A stretch of DNA of 64,000 nucleotides, taken from NCBI GenBank assembly GCA_965644495.1, contig CBFFSA010000003.1:62001-126000 (forward strand), given 5' to 3'. The stretch comes from Perkinsela sp. CCAP 1560/9 (taxonomy: Eukaryota > Protista > Euglenozoa: Kinetoplastea). The position numbers and the translations under genes are program-made. The notes beneath the pieces were generated by a model, which ran no database searches, was not told the origin of the DNA, and saw nothing but the letters and a program-made list of their open reading frames with translations. Shown one piece after another: positions 53,291 through 64,000 of this stretch. The number at the start of each line of letters is the position of its first letter. Within the stretch, counting starts at the first letter, position 1.

Positions 53291-54954
53291 CACTTCGCAC
53301 TCTTCACCCCTCCCCGGCTCACTCCTCGAGTGAGCTTTCTTCCCTCCCCGGCTCTCTCCTTCTCGTGCTTTCTTCTCCCGGGAGCTATGCGCCATGGTGG
53401 CCTCCCTTGAGGACCACTGGGCGTGCTACAGCGGGAGGACACGTTGTATGCGTGTATAGGGGATGCGAACTTGCACCCCTCTCTCCCTACATGCTGTAGC
53501 GAGTGCGGCGGTAACGGACCTCCCCATGATGCATCATGATCCACGATAGACCATCTGACAGCATGAACCCACGGTTGACCGTGTTGCAGCATGAACCATG
53601 GCTATACGTGCTGTAGCATGACCGATGGGCGTCTCGTCTCCTACCTCGCACTCCACTCTCTGTGTGACACCCGTCGTATGCGGGTCATGCGCCGATGGTA
53701 TCGGCCGTCACACAGAGAGACGTATCTCTGCGCCACGAGCGTATGATCATGACCTGCCGGAGAAAAAGGATGGCTCATAAAGACGAAAAGAGTCAGAACA
53801 AAAAATAAAAGGCATATTCGTGCTTTTTGGAAAGAGATCTTGCTTGGAAACTATAGAGAACATTAACACATGTTTTTTTAAAAATAACTCGTACATAATA
53901 AATCGTCACTTTTTCCAAAAAATTGAAAGTTCTATGTGATTTCGCTACATGAAACTATTTACTAGGCCGGTATACATGTATGTATGTGGATTCTATCCGA
54001 AAGTAGGTGAAACTGAACCAAATTCCGCACTTTTTCTCATTTTCACAAAACTTTTTTTCTCTCTCAAAGATGTGTCTTCGTTTGCTATCCATTTCACAGA
54101 ATTGTTGTTGCTTCATAAAATAATGAAGCAAATGCTGTGCTAATTTGACATTTACAGAACTATTTATTTGAACATATTTGAAAGATCTTGTCGTCTATAT
54201 CATGCCGTGCTCGGGATGCGTTGGGTTTGCTTGTAGGCGCACCCTAACGATTAGAAGAATTTCGTCGTGGAGTGAATTGCAGTGCTCCGAATGGATTAAA
54301 GGTCATTATTGCAAAATATGAAGGAGTATTGTATTTGCGTCCATTTGTAAGAAGTTGTAAGCAGGTTGAAAGGCTCAAAGTTGATGAAGTATGAAGAATT
54401 TTTAGAAAAACAGAAAAAGTGCGGACTTTGGTTCAGTTTAACCCCGAAAGTAACGTTCAGAAACGATAATAGATATGCCCATCTTATATAAATTCGTGCT
54501 CTGTGTAGTGCGAAAATACCAAGTATATACCAATATACATACCTGTACACGAATAGTACAGGTGTGGCAGCTTCCCGCAGGAAAAAACCGTATCTGAACC
54601 TTTGTATGCTTTTATACCTGTACGCTTTTATACAATACCCGTCCTACGCTTATACACACACTTACACAAAAATTCGTGCCGCTTCACAAAGCGAATTTTT
54701 ATGATTTTTTTGAAAAGTATTAACCTATTCGAACATAAAAAATATGAAAGGAGGAGTAGTGCTCAGATGTTTATATTTTCATTTAAAGAATTCTCAATAG
54801 TAGCGAATAAAATTAAATTCATCATTCAAGAAGGAAAATTTCAAAAGCAAACCTTTTTTAAATTCTGAAGGTATTTACCGGTGAAACGGTTATTAAGGAT
54901 AAAAGTAATTAAGGCAGATCGAATTTACGGTCTTCAACCATTTCAACGTGTGAG

Positions 54955-55035
54955 AGAAAAGCTAAAACGATCATGTAAAGTCTTTACATGATCGTTTTAG
55001 CTTTTCTTCTTTGACTTCTTTAAAAGAAGTCAGAG
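54955..55035. repeat. Two adjacent near-perfect palindromes
   Basis: 26-bp arm agaaaagctaaaacgatcatgtaaag-t-ctttacatgatcgttttagcttttct, immediately followed by tgacttcttt-a-aaagaagtca. Confidence 0.9.
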
Positions 55036-55134
55036 ACGGAATCATGAAATTATTTTTTCCCAATTTTCCCCCAGAATGACATAAAATAATTTTTTATTTT
55101 GTAGTGCTAACTTTTTTATTTTGTAGTGATTCAG

Positions 55135-55392
55135 GCCCCCCGTTTAAGCGCACAATTCACGGAAAACGAGGTACGCTTAAACGGGGGGGCAGTACAAGAA
55201 AAACAAAGAAGGGTGTATCAAAAAAACGAAACTTTTTCCACTTTCATTTCAAATGGGTAGATGTAAATTAGACGAAATCGTATATTACAAAAAAGAAATC
55301 GGCGCCCTTCGCGGCGCCAATCTCTACGAAGCTTTGAAATTAAACACTAAATAGGGAGGGCAAGGTGCTAAATAGTAAACAGGGGGGGACGG
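55135..55392. mobile_element. Orphan right-hand TIRs of pogo-family elements
   Basis: 55135-55192 is homologous to the right end of the 43076-46060 element (..cgcttaaacgggggggcag-TA). A second end, ..agggggggacgg-TA, lies at 55392. Confidence 0.65.
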
Positions 55393-55873
55393 TATTGCCT
55401 TAATCAAAGTTGCCTTAATTAAAATTGTCTTAATTTTATTTACCCTTAATTGAATTTTTACCGGTAGTTACGGAACGGGTTTAATAGTTATGGGACGGGA
55501 ATTTAAGGGACGGTATGGAGGTAGGGTAGGACAAATGAAGTTGTTTTGTCTCAAAGTACCGATTTGGTGTACTACTCTAGCACTCGGGGGGTATTGACAC
55601 TCAGGCAGCAGTAAAGCGGAATTCCTATCCTCCAAAGGATTGTTATCATGCCTATCAGGCAGAGAATAGTGGTAAGTGAGTAGATTAACGCAAAAGACGT
55701 TATTTTCTACCTTGCTGTTTACAGACTTAGCTCGGCACTTGTCCAAAGTGCCTTTTCGCGGTTCCACCAAAGAGTAAAGCTGCCCCGAAGGGCCGACTGA
55801 AAGATGGCTTCCCGGCATTTTACCGCAAGCCTCTCGTCTCCGCCAAAAGCGCTATTTAACTTGCTGCAGGAGA

Positions 55874-57473
55874 CTAATAGAGCGCCAACTTCAAGCGGGC
55901 TCCAACTTCAAAGGCAATTAGGTTTGTACGAGGCTGTGTGGTGCGCCTTTCGTGGAGTAATGTTCTGTACTTGTTTACTTTTCCTTCGTGCGCTAGCTCA
56001 CGATTTTCTTCCCAAGGCACTGTTAGTTCCAGGATGAACTCTGATCCGTCTTTGAGTGTGATCAGTCCATCCGGGCGCAACATGTCTTCACGTGCATGTA
56101 GACATTCCGGGGCGTTCCGGAAACCTGGGACATCAAGGTGCAAGCTTTTAGTGTAGGGAGAGGATTGGAGATGGTGTCCAAGGGTTTGTAGAATCAGGTC
56201 GTGGCGATAAGTGTAGCGCCCCTGAGCTAGTGATTCTTTACAGCCCGAAAGGATGTGTCGTGTTGTTTGTGGCGCTTGCTCGCATATAGGACATGTCACG
56301 GTCGCTCGTCTGAGTCCCCACAAACGCAGGTTTGTTCTGGAAGGTAGTGGTGTGAGCGTAATGAGGGATGTAGCGAAACGGGAAAGCTTTTCACTATTCA
56401 GATTGTTTAGTGCTGCGGCGAATTCTTTGGCGAGATCTGCTTCCGAGGGCCCATTCCACCATTTCGCTGCTGTCGGTGCTCTTTTCCGAAGTTGATCAAT
56501 CATATAGTTTTCATGGTTTTCACGTACCTTCTGCAAGGCCTTCTTTGGTTCATGTAAGAGGTCTAGGATTTCGTAACATGGCCGGATTTACCCTGCACGG
56601 CGTTTATCTTGTTCTTCCTTTATGCGAGATCGCAGCACGGTCTTAACTGCGGGGTCGTGCGGTTTATTCATTTGCGTTAGCGCTTGTACCGAGCACTCGG
56701 ACCACAGCTGGGAAAGACTTGTCAGGTTCCATCCTCTTTCGGAATACAAGACTTCAGTAGAAGCCTTAGATGCGGCGTTGATCCATTTCCTGATGTGAAA
56801 TCTAGCTCGCTTTTGTAGGCGCAGGCTGAAGTTGAATGTCAAACACGGATGTACCGAGAGGGCGTAGCGGAGTCTAGATATAAGTGCGTTTTCATAAATC
56901 TATAGGCGTTCCGGAAGACTATGATGACTTTCATCTATGTTTCGGAGGCATTCTTTTATTTTTCTGTCCAGTTTCCTAAATAGTTCTCGTGATTGCTGCG
57001 CCCCTGGGGCCAGTGTCATGCCCAGAAAGGTACTTCCGTGATCGCAAATGTGTGGTATCGGTTTGCTGTCAACTAGGATCTTAGGCTTTCGTGTCATATA
57101 GCCCGTTTGATCCGTACCACTCCTCATCGCCATACACTGTGTACGGCTTTTGTCCACATTGATAGAGAGACCAAGGCATTTCAGTATTTCTTGCAGGGTG
57201 TTCATCGCTCGTTGCATTTCATCGTCTTTCCGGGTAAGTACAGTGAGGTCGTCGACGTAGGCTTTTAGGAAATGGCGTGGGGTATCCTCATAGCCTAGCC
57301 CGTAGTTTGGGCACGAACTTCGAAGGAAGCGGAGCACCACCTCCATTACGATGTTGAATAGCGAAGGGGAAAGCGTATCGCCTTGTAGGACCCCTCTCTG
57401 TATCTTTATCGGTCGTGTAAGCCCCTCAGTGCACTTTACCTGCATTTGGGCGTTCTGGTACATATGTTTTATG
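55874..57473 (-). pseudogene. REL-endonuclease non-LTR retrotransposon (HERO/R4/NeSL-like) fragment
   Basis: RT motifs GVLQGDTLSPSLF and YVDD; CCHC finger CPIC..HILSGC; RYTYRHD; REL motifs RPD..ELTVPWE..K..KY and EVGAR. Broken by frameshifts and cut at TA 57474-57475 by a pogo insertion. Confidence 0.9.
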
Positions 57474-57475
57474 TA

Positions 57476-58770
57476 CCGTTACCCCCCCCTTACTTCACCT
57501 CCCCCCTTACTTCACCACATTTCGCCACTCCGTATGTGGTGAAGTAAGGGGGGTGTCAGAATTTTCCCCCGATTCCTACTCTGTGATGATAGTTAACCCA
57601 GGTCAGAAATTGTAAATTTTCATTGATTTCAATATTTATTCAATACACGATGGCCCCACCACTTCTATTCTTTAAACGCGAGCCAAGTGACTCTATCCTC
57701 ACCGTTGCCACACGAAACTGTTGCCGTACTGCCCTTCCCCGATGATACTTCAGCTACGCCATCCACCGCATTAATATTGAATGCATCTAACCAGCTTGCT
57801 GAGCAGCCGCGGAAGGTTCGGGTGGATCTTACCATACAGCAAAAAAACAACCTATGTGCTAGTATAGATGCCGGCAAGTCTGTAAGCGTGGCCGCCCGAG
57901 ATTACAAGGTCGAGGTAAGCACGGTGCATAGAGTTTATCGGAAAAAAGAAGATTGGCATAGATTTACTCAACTTGGCTTCGGGAAATTGTTTCAGTATCA
58001 TCCCCCCCGAGCAAATAAAGAATTATATGAAAAAGGGTTGACGCAACTGCTTTTGCGTCTCTTTCGGCAGTCACGAAACCGACAATGTTGGGGTACTTTG
58101 GTGGAATTTCAGAGCACTTCTGTTCCCTTACCGACGAAGGAAAAGAAAAATTTTGGATTCGTTTTTGCACCTTCGCCAATATTTCGCGACGAAGAGTCAA
58201 TGGAGCGACCCAAATGGTCCCAAAAGACATGGACGAGCGTATAGGAGCCTTTTTGAATATGATAGCTCTGTGAAATTGTGATCGCGGAGGATACGCTGTA
58301 ATTGTAACAGGGGACGAGACCTGTGTTGTGTGGGAGCCCGTCAATGAAATCACATACGACACTAAAGGGACAAAGCGTGTAAAGGTTTTAACTACAGGGA
58401 AAGAGAAGAAGACACTGACTGCGTGGTTTTGGGCCGCTCTGTTACGAACCAACGGCATGCAGAAAGCACGTGGGAGCATAAGGTGTTTCCTCCGCACTTA
58501 ATTTGGGAAGCCCATTCAGATTCTGGGAAGGTTTCCAAAGAGGTGCTCCGGGCGGAAGAAAAGTACAATTGTACGGCAACAACGACAACAAGCGGGTGGA
58601 ACACAGGAGAGTCATTTAAAAAATGGGCTGAAGCGGAATTTTTTGACAGAATCAAGTATCCTCCGCGGAAGACACTTATTATTTTGGATCTGTACGCTGC
58701 TCATCGGACAGCGGAATTATTATTGTTCTTTCGTGAGAGAGAAATCGATGTTTAATTCGTTCCAGGAGGT
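57476..58770 (+). mobile_element. pogo-type transposon, 3'-truncated, same family as 24958-27013
   Basis: Left TIR CCGTTACCCCCCCTTACTT after TA; LTIQQK HTH, GDET and LDLYAAH; multiple stops and frameshifts. No right TIR seen. Confidence 0.88.
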
Positions 58771-58854
58771 TCGTTTTCGAGCGCCGTCGGTTCGTTGAAC
58801 GATTCAACGAACCGATTTTTTATTTTTTTTCACTGAACTTTTCTGGGATTCTTC

Positions 58855-61291
58855 CAGCGAAGCCCACTTCTTGAGGCAAAACCCCCGTCTGCGAGCAAGA
58901 CCCAACTGTGAGCGAAGCCCACTTCTGGAGGCAAAAGCCCCCGTCTGCGAGCAAGGCCCAACTGTGAGCGTAGCCCTGGGACATAATTATATTTTTTAGC
59001 GGCCCGCGGGCTCCAGCGCGCGGGTCGCGCACTGAGGACCTATGTCTGCCACTTCCGCAGGATTGTCGAGAGGCAAGGCCCAACGTTGAGCGAAGCCCAC
59101 TTCTGGAGGCAAAAGCCCCCGTCTGCGAGCAAGGCCCAACTGTGAGCGTAGCCCTGGGACATAATTATATTTTTTAGCGGCCCGCGGGCTCCAGCGCGCG
59201 GGTCGCGCACTGAGGACCTATGTCTGCCACTTCCGCAGGATTGTCGAGAGGCAAGGCCCAACTGTGAGCGAAGCCCACTTCTGGAGGCAAAAGCCCCCGA
59301 CTGCGAGCAAGGCCCGACTGTGAGCGTAGCCCTGGGACATAATTATATTTTTTAGCGGCCCGCGGGCTCCAGCGCGCGGGTCGCGCACTGAGGACCTATG
59401 TCTGCCACTTCCGCAGGATTGTCGAGAGGCAAGGCCCAACGTTGAGCGAAGCCCACTTCTGGAGGCAAAAGCCCCCGTCTGCGAGCAAGGCCCAACTGTG
59501 AGCGTAGCCCTGGGACATAATTATATTTTTTAGCGGCCCGCGGGCTCCAGCGCGCGGGTCGCGCACTGAGGACCTATGTCTGCCACTTCCGCAGGATTGT
59601 CGAGAGGCAAGGCCCAACTGTGAGCGAAGCCCACTTCTGGAGGCAAAAGCCCCCGTCTGCGAGCAAGGCCCAACTGTGAGCGTAGCCCTGGGACATAATT
59701 ATATTTTTTAGCGGCCCGCGGGCTCCAGCGCGCGGGTCGCGCACTGAGGACCTATGTCTGCCACTTCCGCAGGATTGTCGAGAGGCAAGGCCCAACTGTG
59801 AGCGAAGCCCACTTCTGGAGGCAAAAGCCCCCGTCTGCGAGCAAGGCCCAACTGTGAGCGTAGCCCTGGGACATAATTATATTTTTTAGCGGCCCGCGGG
59901 CTCCATCGCGCGGGTCGCGCACTGAGGACCTATGTCTGCCACTTCCGCAGGATTGTCGAGAGGCAAGGCCCAAAGTTGAGCGAAGCCCACTTCTGGAGGC
60001 AAAAGCCCCCGTCTGCGAGCAAGGCCCAACTGTGAGCGTAGCCCTGGGACATAATTATATTTTTTAGCGGCCCGCGGGCTCCAGCGCGCGGGTCGCGCAC
60101 TGAGGACCTATGTCTGCCACTTCCGCAGGATTGTCGAGAGGCAAGGCCCAACGTTGAGCGAAGCCCACTTCTGGAGGCAAAAGCCCCCGTCTGCGAGCAA
60201 GGCCCAACTGTGAGCGTAGCCCTGGGACATAATTATATTTTTTGGCGGCCCGCGGGCTCCAGCGCGCGGGTCGCGCACTGAGGACCTATGTCTGCCACTT
60301 CCGCAGGATTGTCGAGAGGCAAGGCCCAACTGTGAGCGAAGCCCACTTCTGGAGGCAAAAATCCCCCGTCTGCGAGCAAGGCCCAACTGTGAGCGTAGCC
60401 CTGGGACATAATTATATTTTTTTTGGCGGCCCGCGGGCTCCAGCGCGCGGGTCGCGCACTGAGGACCTATGTCTGCCACTTCCGCAGGATTGTCGAGAGG
60501 CAAGGCCCAACGTTGAGCGAAGCCCACTTCTGGAGGCAAAAGCCCCCGTCTGCGAGCAAGGCCCAACTGTGAGCGTAGCCCTGGGACATAATTATATTTT
60601 TTGGCGGCCCGCGGGCTCCAGCGCGCGGGTCGCGCACTGAGGACCTATGTCTGCCACTTCCGCAGGATTGTCGAGAGGTAAGGCCCAACGTTGAGCGAAG
60701 CCCACTTCTGGAGGCAAAAGCCCCCGTCTGCGAGCAAGGCCCAACTGTGAGCGTAGCCCTGGGACATAATGATATTTTTTGGCGGCCCGCGGGCTCCAGC
60801 GCGCGGGTCGCGCACTGAGGACCTATGTCTGCCACTTCCGCAGGATTGTCGAGAGGCAAGGCCCAACTGTGAGCGAAGCCCACTTCTGGAGGCAAAAATC
60901 CCCCGTCTGCGAGCAAGGCCCAACTGTGAGCGTAGCCCTGGGACATAATTATATTTTTTAGCTGCCCGCGGGCTCCATCGCGCGGGTCGCGCACTGAGGA
61001 CCTATGTCTGCCACTTCCGCAGGATTGTCGAGAGGCAAGGCCCAACGTTGAGCGAAGCCCACTTCTGGAGGCAAAAGCCCCCGTCTGCGAGCAAGGCCCA
61101 ACTGTGAGCGTAGCCCTGGGACATAATTATATTTTTTAGCGGCCCGCGGGCTCCAGCGCGCGGGTCGCGCACTGAGGACCTATGTCTGCCACTTCCGCAG
61201 GATTGTCGAGAGGCAAGGCCCAACGTTGAGCGAAGCCCACTTCTGGAGGCAAAAGCCCCCGTCTGCGAGCAAGGCCCAACTGTGAGCGTAG
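58855..61291. repeat. GC-rich 178-bp tandem satellite, ~13.7 units
   Basis: The unit marker GAGGACCTATGTCTGCCACTTCCGCAGG occurs 13 times at 178-180-bp spacing (59034...61174). Units are near-identical. Confidence 0.97.
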
Positions 61292-61999
61292 CAAATGATT
61301 GGAACATATTTACAAAAAGTTCCTTAAAAAAAGAATTTTCCCCTCCAGTTTCTAAGCAGGATGTAAGAAAACGCCGCTTTTTCTCCATCCATCGAGGAGG
61401 GGGTCGGCCGGATACGCTAGTAAATTGTTCAATACTGCCTACGTTCTGATCTTGTCACCTTTTCCCCTTCGGTCGTGACATGCGAGTAAAACAAAAAGCT
61501 TAAAACCAATTTATAATTATAAAAACACTATGAAAGAATTATAAACCCTTAATAATTATAAATTTAGGATTTGTGCAAATTTATAATTATTAATGCAACT
61601 TACAGTACATTTTAGTTGTATCATTTTATCTATGTTCGCGCTCAAGTAGTTGATACCTTCAATTTGTGTTGAACTATCGGGGCGTTGGTGGTTTTATTTC
61701 CTGGTTTATTGTAATGAAAAGACTCATCATTATGCGAGGACTCATTCAAACAAATATTAAATCTGGGATATGGTAAACAGCTATGTGGTCAGTGTTTTTA
61801 ATCTAAGGCGTGAAAAACTTTAAGGAAAATATTAACCCCTTAATTTGTTTGTTGTTGTTGTGGTGTACTAGTCATCTCCGGGTGTGTAAAAAAATGGAGA
61901 ATATTATTTCCATAAAAAAATACGGGACGGTTAATTACAGGACACCCTGATGACCCTTTGACCTTGATTTGGGGTGTCCCTTAATTAATAAATTGGCTA

Positions 62000-62944
62000 T
62001 GTCTCTACTTCGTTGAATATTCAATGAAGCGCCGTCGGTTCGTTGAATATTCAACGAAGCGCCGTCGGTTCGTTGAACGATTCAACGAACCGATTTTTTA
62101 TTTTTTTTCACTGAACTTTTCTGGGATTCTGCCAGCGAAGCCCACTTCTTGAGGCAAAACCCCCGTCTGCGAGCAAGGCCCAACTGTGAGTGAAGCCCTG
62201 GGACATAATTATATTTTTTAGCGGCCCGCGCGCTCCAGCGCGCGGGTCGCGCACTGAGAACCTATGTCTGCCACTTCCGCAGGATTGTCGAGAGGCAAGG
62301 CCCAACGTTGAGCGAAGCCCACTTCTGGAGGCAAAAGCCCCCGTCTGCGAGCAAGGCCCAACTGTGAGCGTAGCCCTGGGACATAATTATATTTTTTGGC
62401 GGCCCGCGGGCTCCAGCGCGCGGGTCGCGCACTGAGAACCTATGTCTGCCACTTCCGCAGGATTCTGGTTGGTTGGGTGGTTTCCGCAGGATTCTGGACT
62501 ATTTTTTAATATTGATGTGTAGAAAACAGGACCTTTTTCTTTTGCGGATCCTATTTTGAATGAACAACAGTGATACTGGCAATACTTCGGAAGCATTTTT
62601 GCGTCGCTTCATGGCCTTCTTGCACCTATATTTTCTAATAATACACGACGTATCTAACACCATGTTTCATCCGTGCGTTTCACATTCATTCACAGGAATC
62701 TCCAAACGGGTTAAACTACAACAACAGAAATCTACATGAGATCGACTTGCCGTAAAAGAGTTTCTAGTACCATGCGCTACCTTTGTTGCTCCGTTGAGAC
62801 AATTTAAAATGTTAAAAAAATCGAATGCTCGCTCGAAAAAAAATTAAAATCCCGTTCGTTGAATATTCAACGAAGCGCCATCGCTTCGTTGAATCGTTCA
62901 ACGAACCGCCGGCGGTTCGTTGAATATTCAACGAAGTAGAGACG
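62000..62944. mobile_element. MITE with palindrome-rich TIRs carrying ~2 units of the 178-bp satellite
   Basis: TA-(Y)GTCTCTACTTCGTTGAATATTCAA ... TTGAATATTCAACGAAGTAGAGACG-TA. Three TTCGTTGAA(n2-3)TTCAACGAA-type palindromes per end. 62135-62465 matches the satellite. Confidence 0.88.
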
Positions 62945-63401
62945 TACTCAATAAATTTAATTTATAATGATATTTTTTCCTATTACGCATACGTAAGTTA
63001 TGCGGAGCCAGCTTGATTGTCCGTCTGAGAGTGGGGTCACCAACAGGCGGACCAAATGCGGCCACCCCCTGAAAGCCGAGCACAAAAAAATGCACGAGCT
63101 CGCAGCCGCCCGGCAACTGCCGCCCACCTTTCCCAACTTTTTTGATGAATGCTATTTTTTCTTCCGAAAACGTGTTAAAACGCTTCTTTGGGTTACCCCC
63201 GAGGTCCTACTGAGATTTTGTAATGAAAAAGACCTGTGCTTTTAAATTTCCGAAAAAATCGTTTTATTACCCATTTTATGCCCCTTTCAAGCTCGCCGAA
63301 TTAACCTTAGTAAGCGAGTTAGACACTCACCGTATCTCCCTCAAGAAAGAAATAGAGACTTACAAATGGATTGAATTTTATAATGTTTAAAAATACCATT
63401 A

Positions 63402-63800
63402 TTAGATATCTGACAAATCTTGCAACGTTATTTTTCCAGTTGCGTGGTCCTGCTTCCAGGATGATTTCCCCAAATATGGACATTGTGAACACCGGAAGGC
63501 ATCCCCCTTACTACAATTTCCACACCCTCCAGTAGATAAAGAACTCACCCTCATACTTTCATCTGTGCTTCGAGAAGTATTTTCGGCCTCAGCACGACCA
63601 CAAATGCAATTTTTGCAAACTTTGTTTCTTTTGGAGCAATCCGGCTCATATGTAGTGGAACTTTTTTCTCTTGTATCTTCTTCAGTCAGCAGCTCGCTTT
63701 CACATAAAAGCTCTTCGTCGTCCATGTTCGGAGTATTCAGAAATATATCTACGGGCTCACGTGTTCTCATGGAGTAGACTTTCATTTTAGAGACATTCAT
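63402..63800 (-). CDS. DRE2: Anamorsin/Dre2 (CIAPIN1), Fe-S cluster domain only
   Basis: C...CKNCICGRAE and GGCGNCSKGDAFRCSQCPYLG motifs. Lacks the N-terminal methyltransferase-like domain, as in trypanosomes. Confidence 0.92.
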   Translation of the reverse strand: MNVSKMKVYSMRTREPVDIFLNTPNMDDEELLCESELLTEEDTREKSSTTYEPDCSKRNKVCKNCICGRAEAENTSRSTDESMRVSSLSTGGCGNCSKGDAFRCSQCPYLGKSSWKQDHATGKITLQDLSDI

Positions 63801-64000
63801 TGAACATAAACGCTATTGTGTGAAATATGCAAGTATTTTTTTAGTAGTACTCGGGAGCAAGTAATTTCATTAGTAACCGAAAATAATTGAACATTGTAGT
63901 ATATAAGACTTACGTGTGTATACGCTGCACATGCTTTTTAAGTATGGCAGTGTTCAGTCTCAATATTTGATCGACTTATCCATATACTATGAATAACACA

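Noticed and set aside
53119-53592. 157-aa minus-strand ORF
   Set aside because: No recognisable domain. It overlaps the SL exon antisense and lies in hairpin-rich sequence better explained as ncRNA.
53238-53765. RNase P/MRP, telomerase RNA or 7SL
   Set aside because: No matching P4 (CR-I/CR-V) pair, no CCCTAA template and no recognisable SRP helix 8 could be found by eye. An Infernal/Rfam search would be decisive.
55730-55850. Self-cleaving ribozyme in the retrotransposon 3' region
   Set aside because: Hairpins exist, but no hammerhead CUGANGA/GAAA core or convincing HDV/twister pseudoknot was found.
58855-61291. CRISPR array or coding repeat (repeated 73-aa ORFs)
   Set aside because: Whole units are near-identical with no unique spacers and there are no cas genes. 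Indels break the ORFs, so this is a tandem satellite.
58855-61291. SL RNA or 5S rRNA tandem array
   Set aside because: The unit lacks the SL core (found instead at 53151) and has no 5S or tRNA features.

Overview
Eukaryotic nuclear DNA from a kinetoplastid. The evidence is intron-free host genes all on the minus strand (a polycistronic-type cluster), the RNA-editing genes RESC2/GAP1 and KREH2, a kinetoplastid-type F1 epsilon subunit and an SL RNA exon motif. The compact spacing and strong divergence suggest an early-branching, Perkinsela-like lineage, but that is inference. About 20 host genes are present: a DAG-lipase-like protein, SMC4, an EF-hand protein, a Nudix hydrolase, DPH7, an ARH-fold protein, RESC2, kinesin-14, transhydrogenase alpha, a trimeric dUTPase, ValRS, UBC9, SUCLG1, PSMA6, ATP epsilon, RPT3, RPS15, a COX6A-like protein, KREH2 and Dre2. 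They are separated by islands of class II transposons, which trypanosomatid genomes are not known to carry. These include a hAT-like element with a 6-bp TSD that holds a nested pogo and a nested Tc1, a pogo element carrying a Ulp1/SUMO-protease domain, and several TA-flanked MITEs. There is also a broken REL-type non-LTR retrotransposon and a 178-bp satellite that arose inside a MITE. Highlights: (i) a solitary antisense SL RNA gene followed by about 600 nt of highly structured sequence; (ii) abrupt C-to-G skew inversions in the middle of SUCLG1 and RPT3 that have reshaped their proteins; (iii) the pogo-Ulp1 fusion; (iv) the satellite emerging from a MITE.
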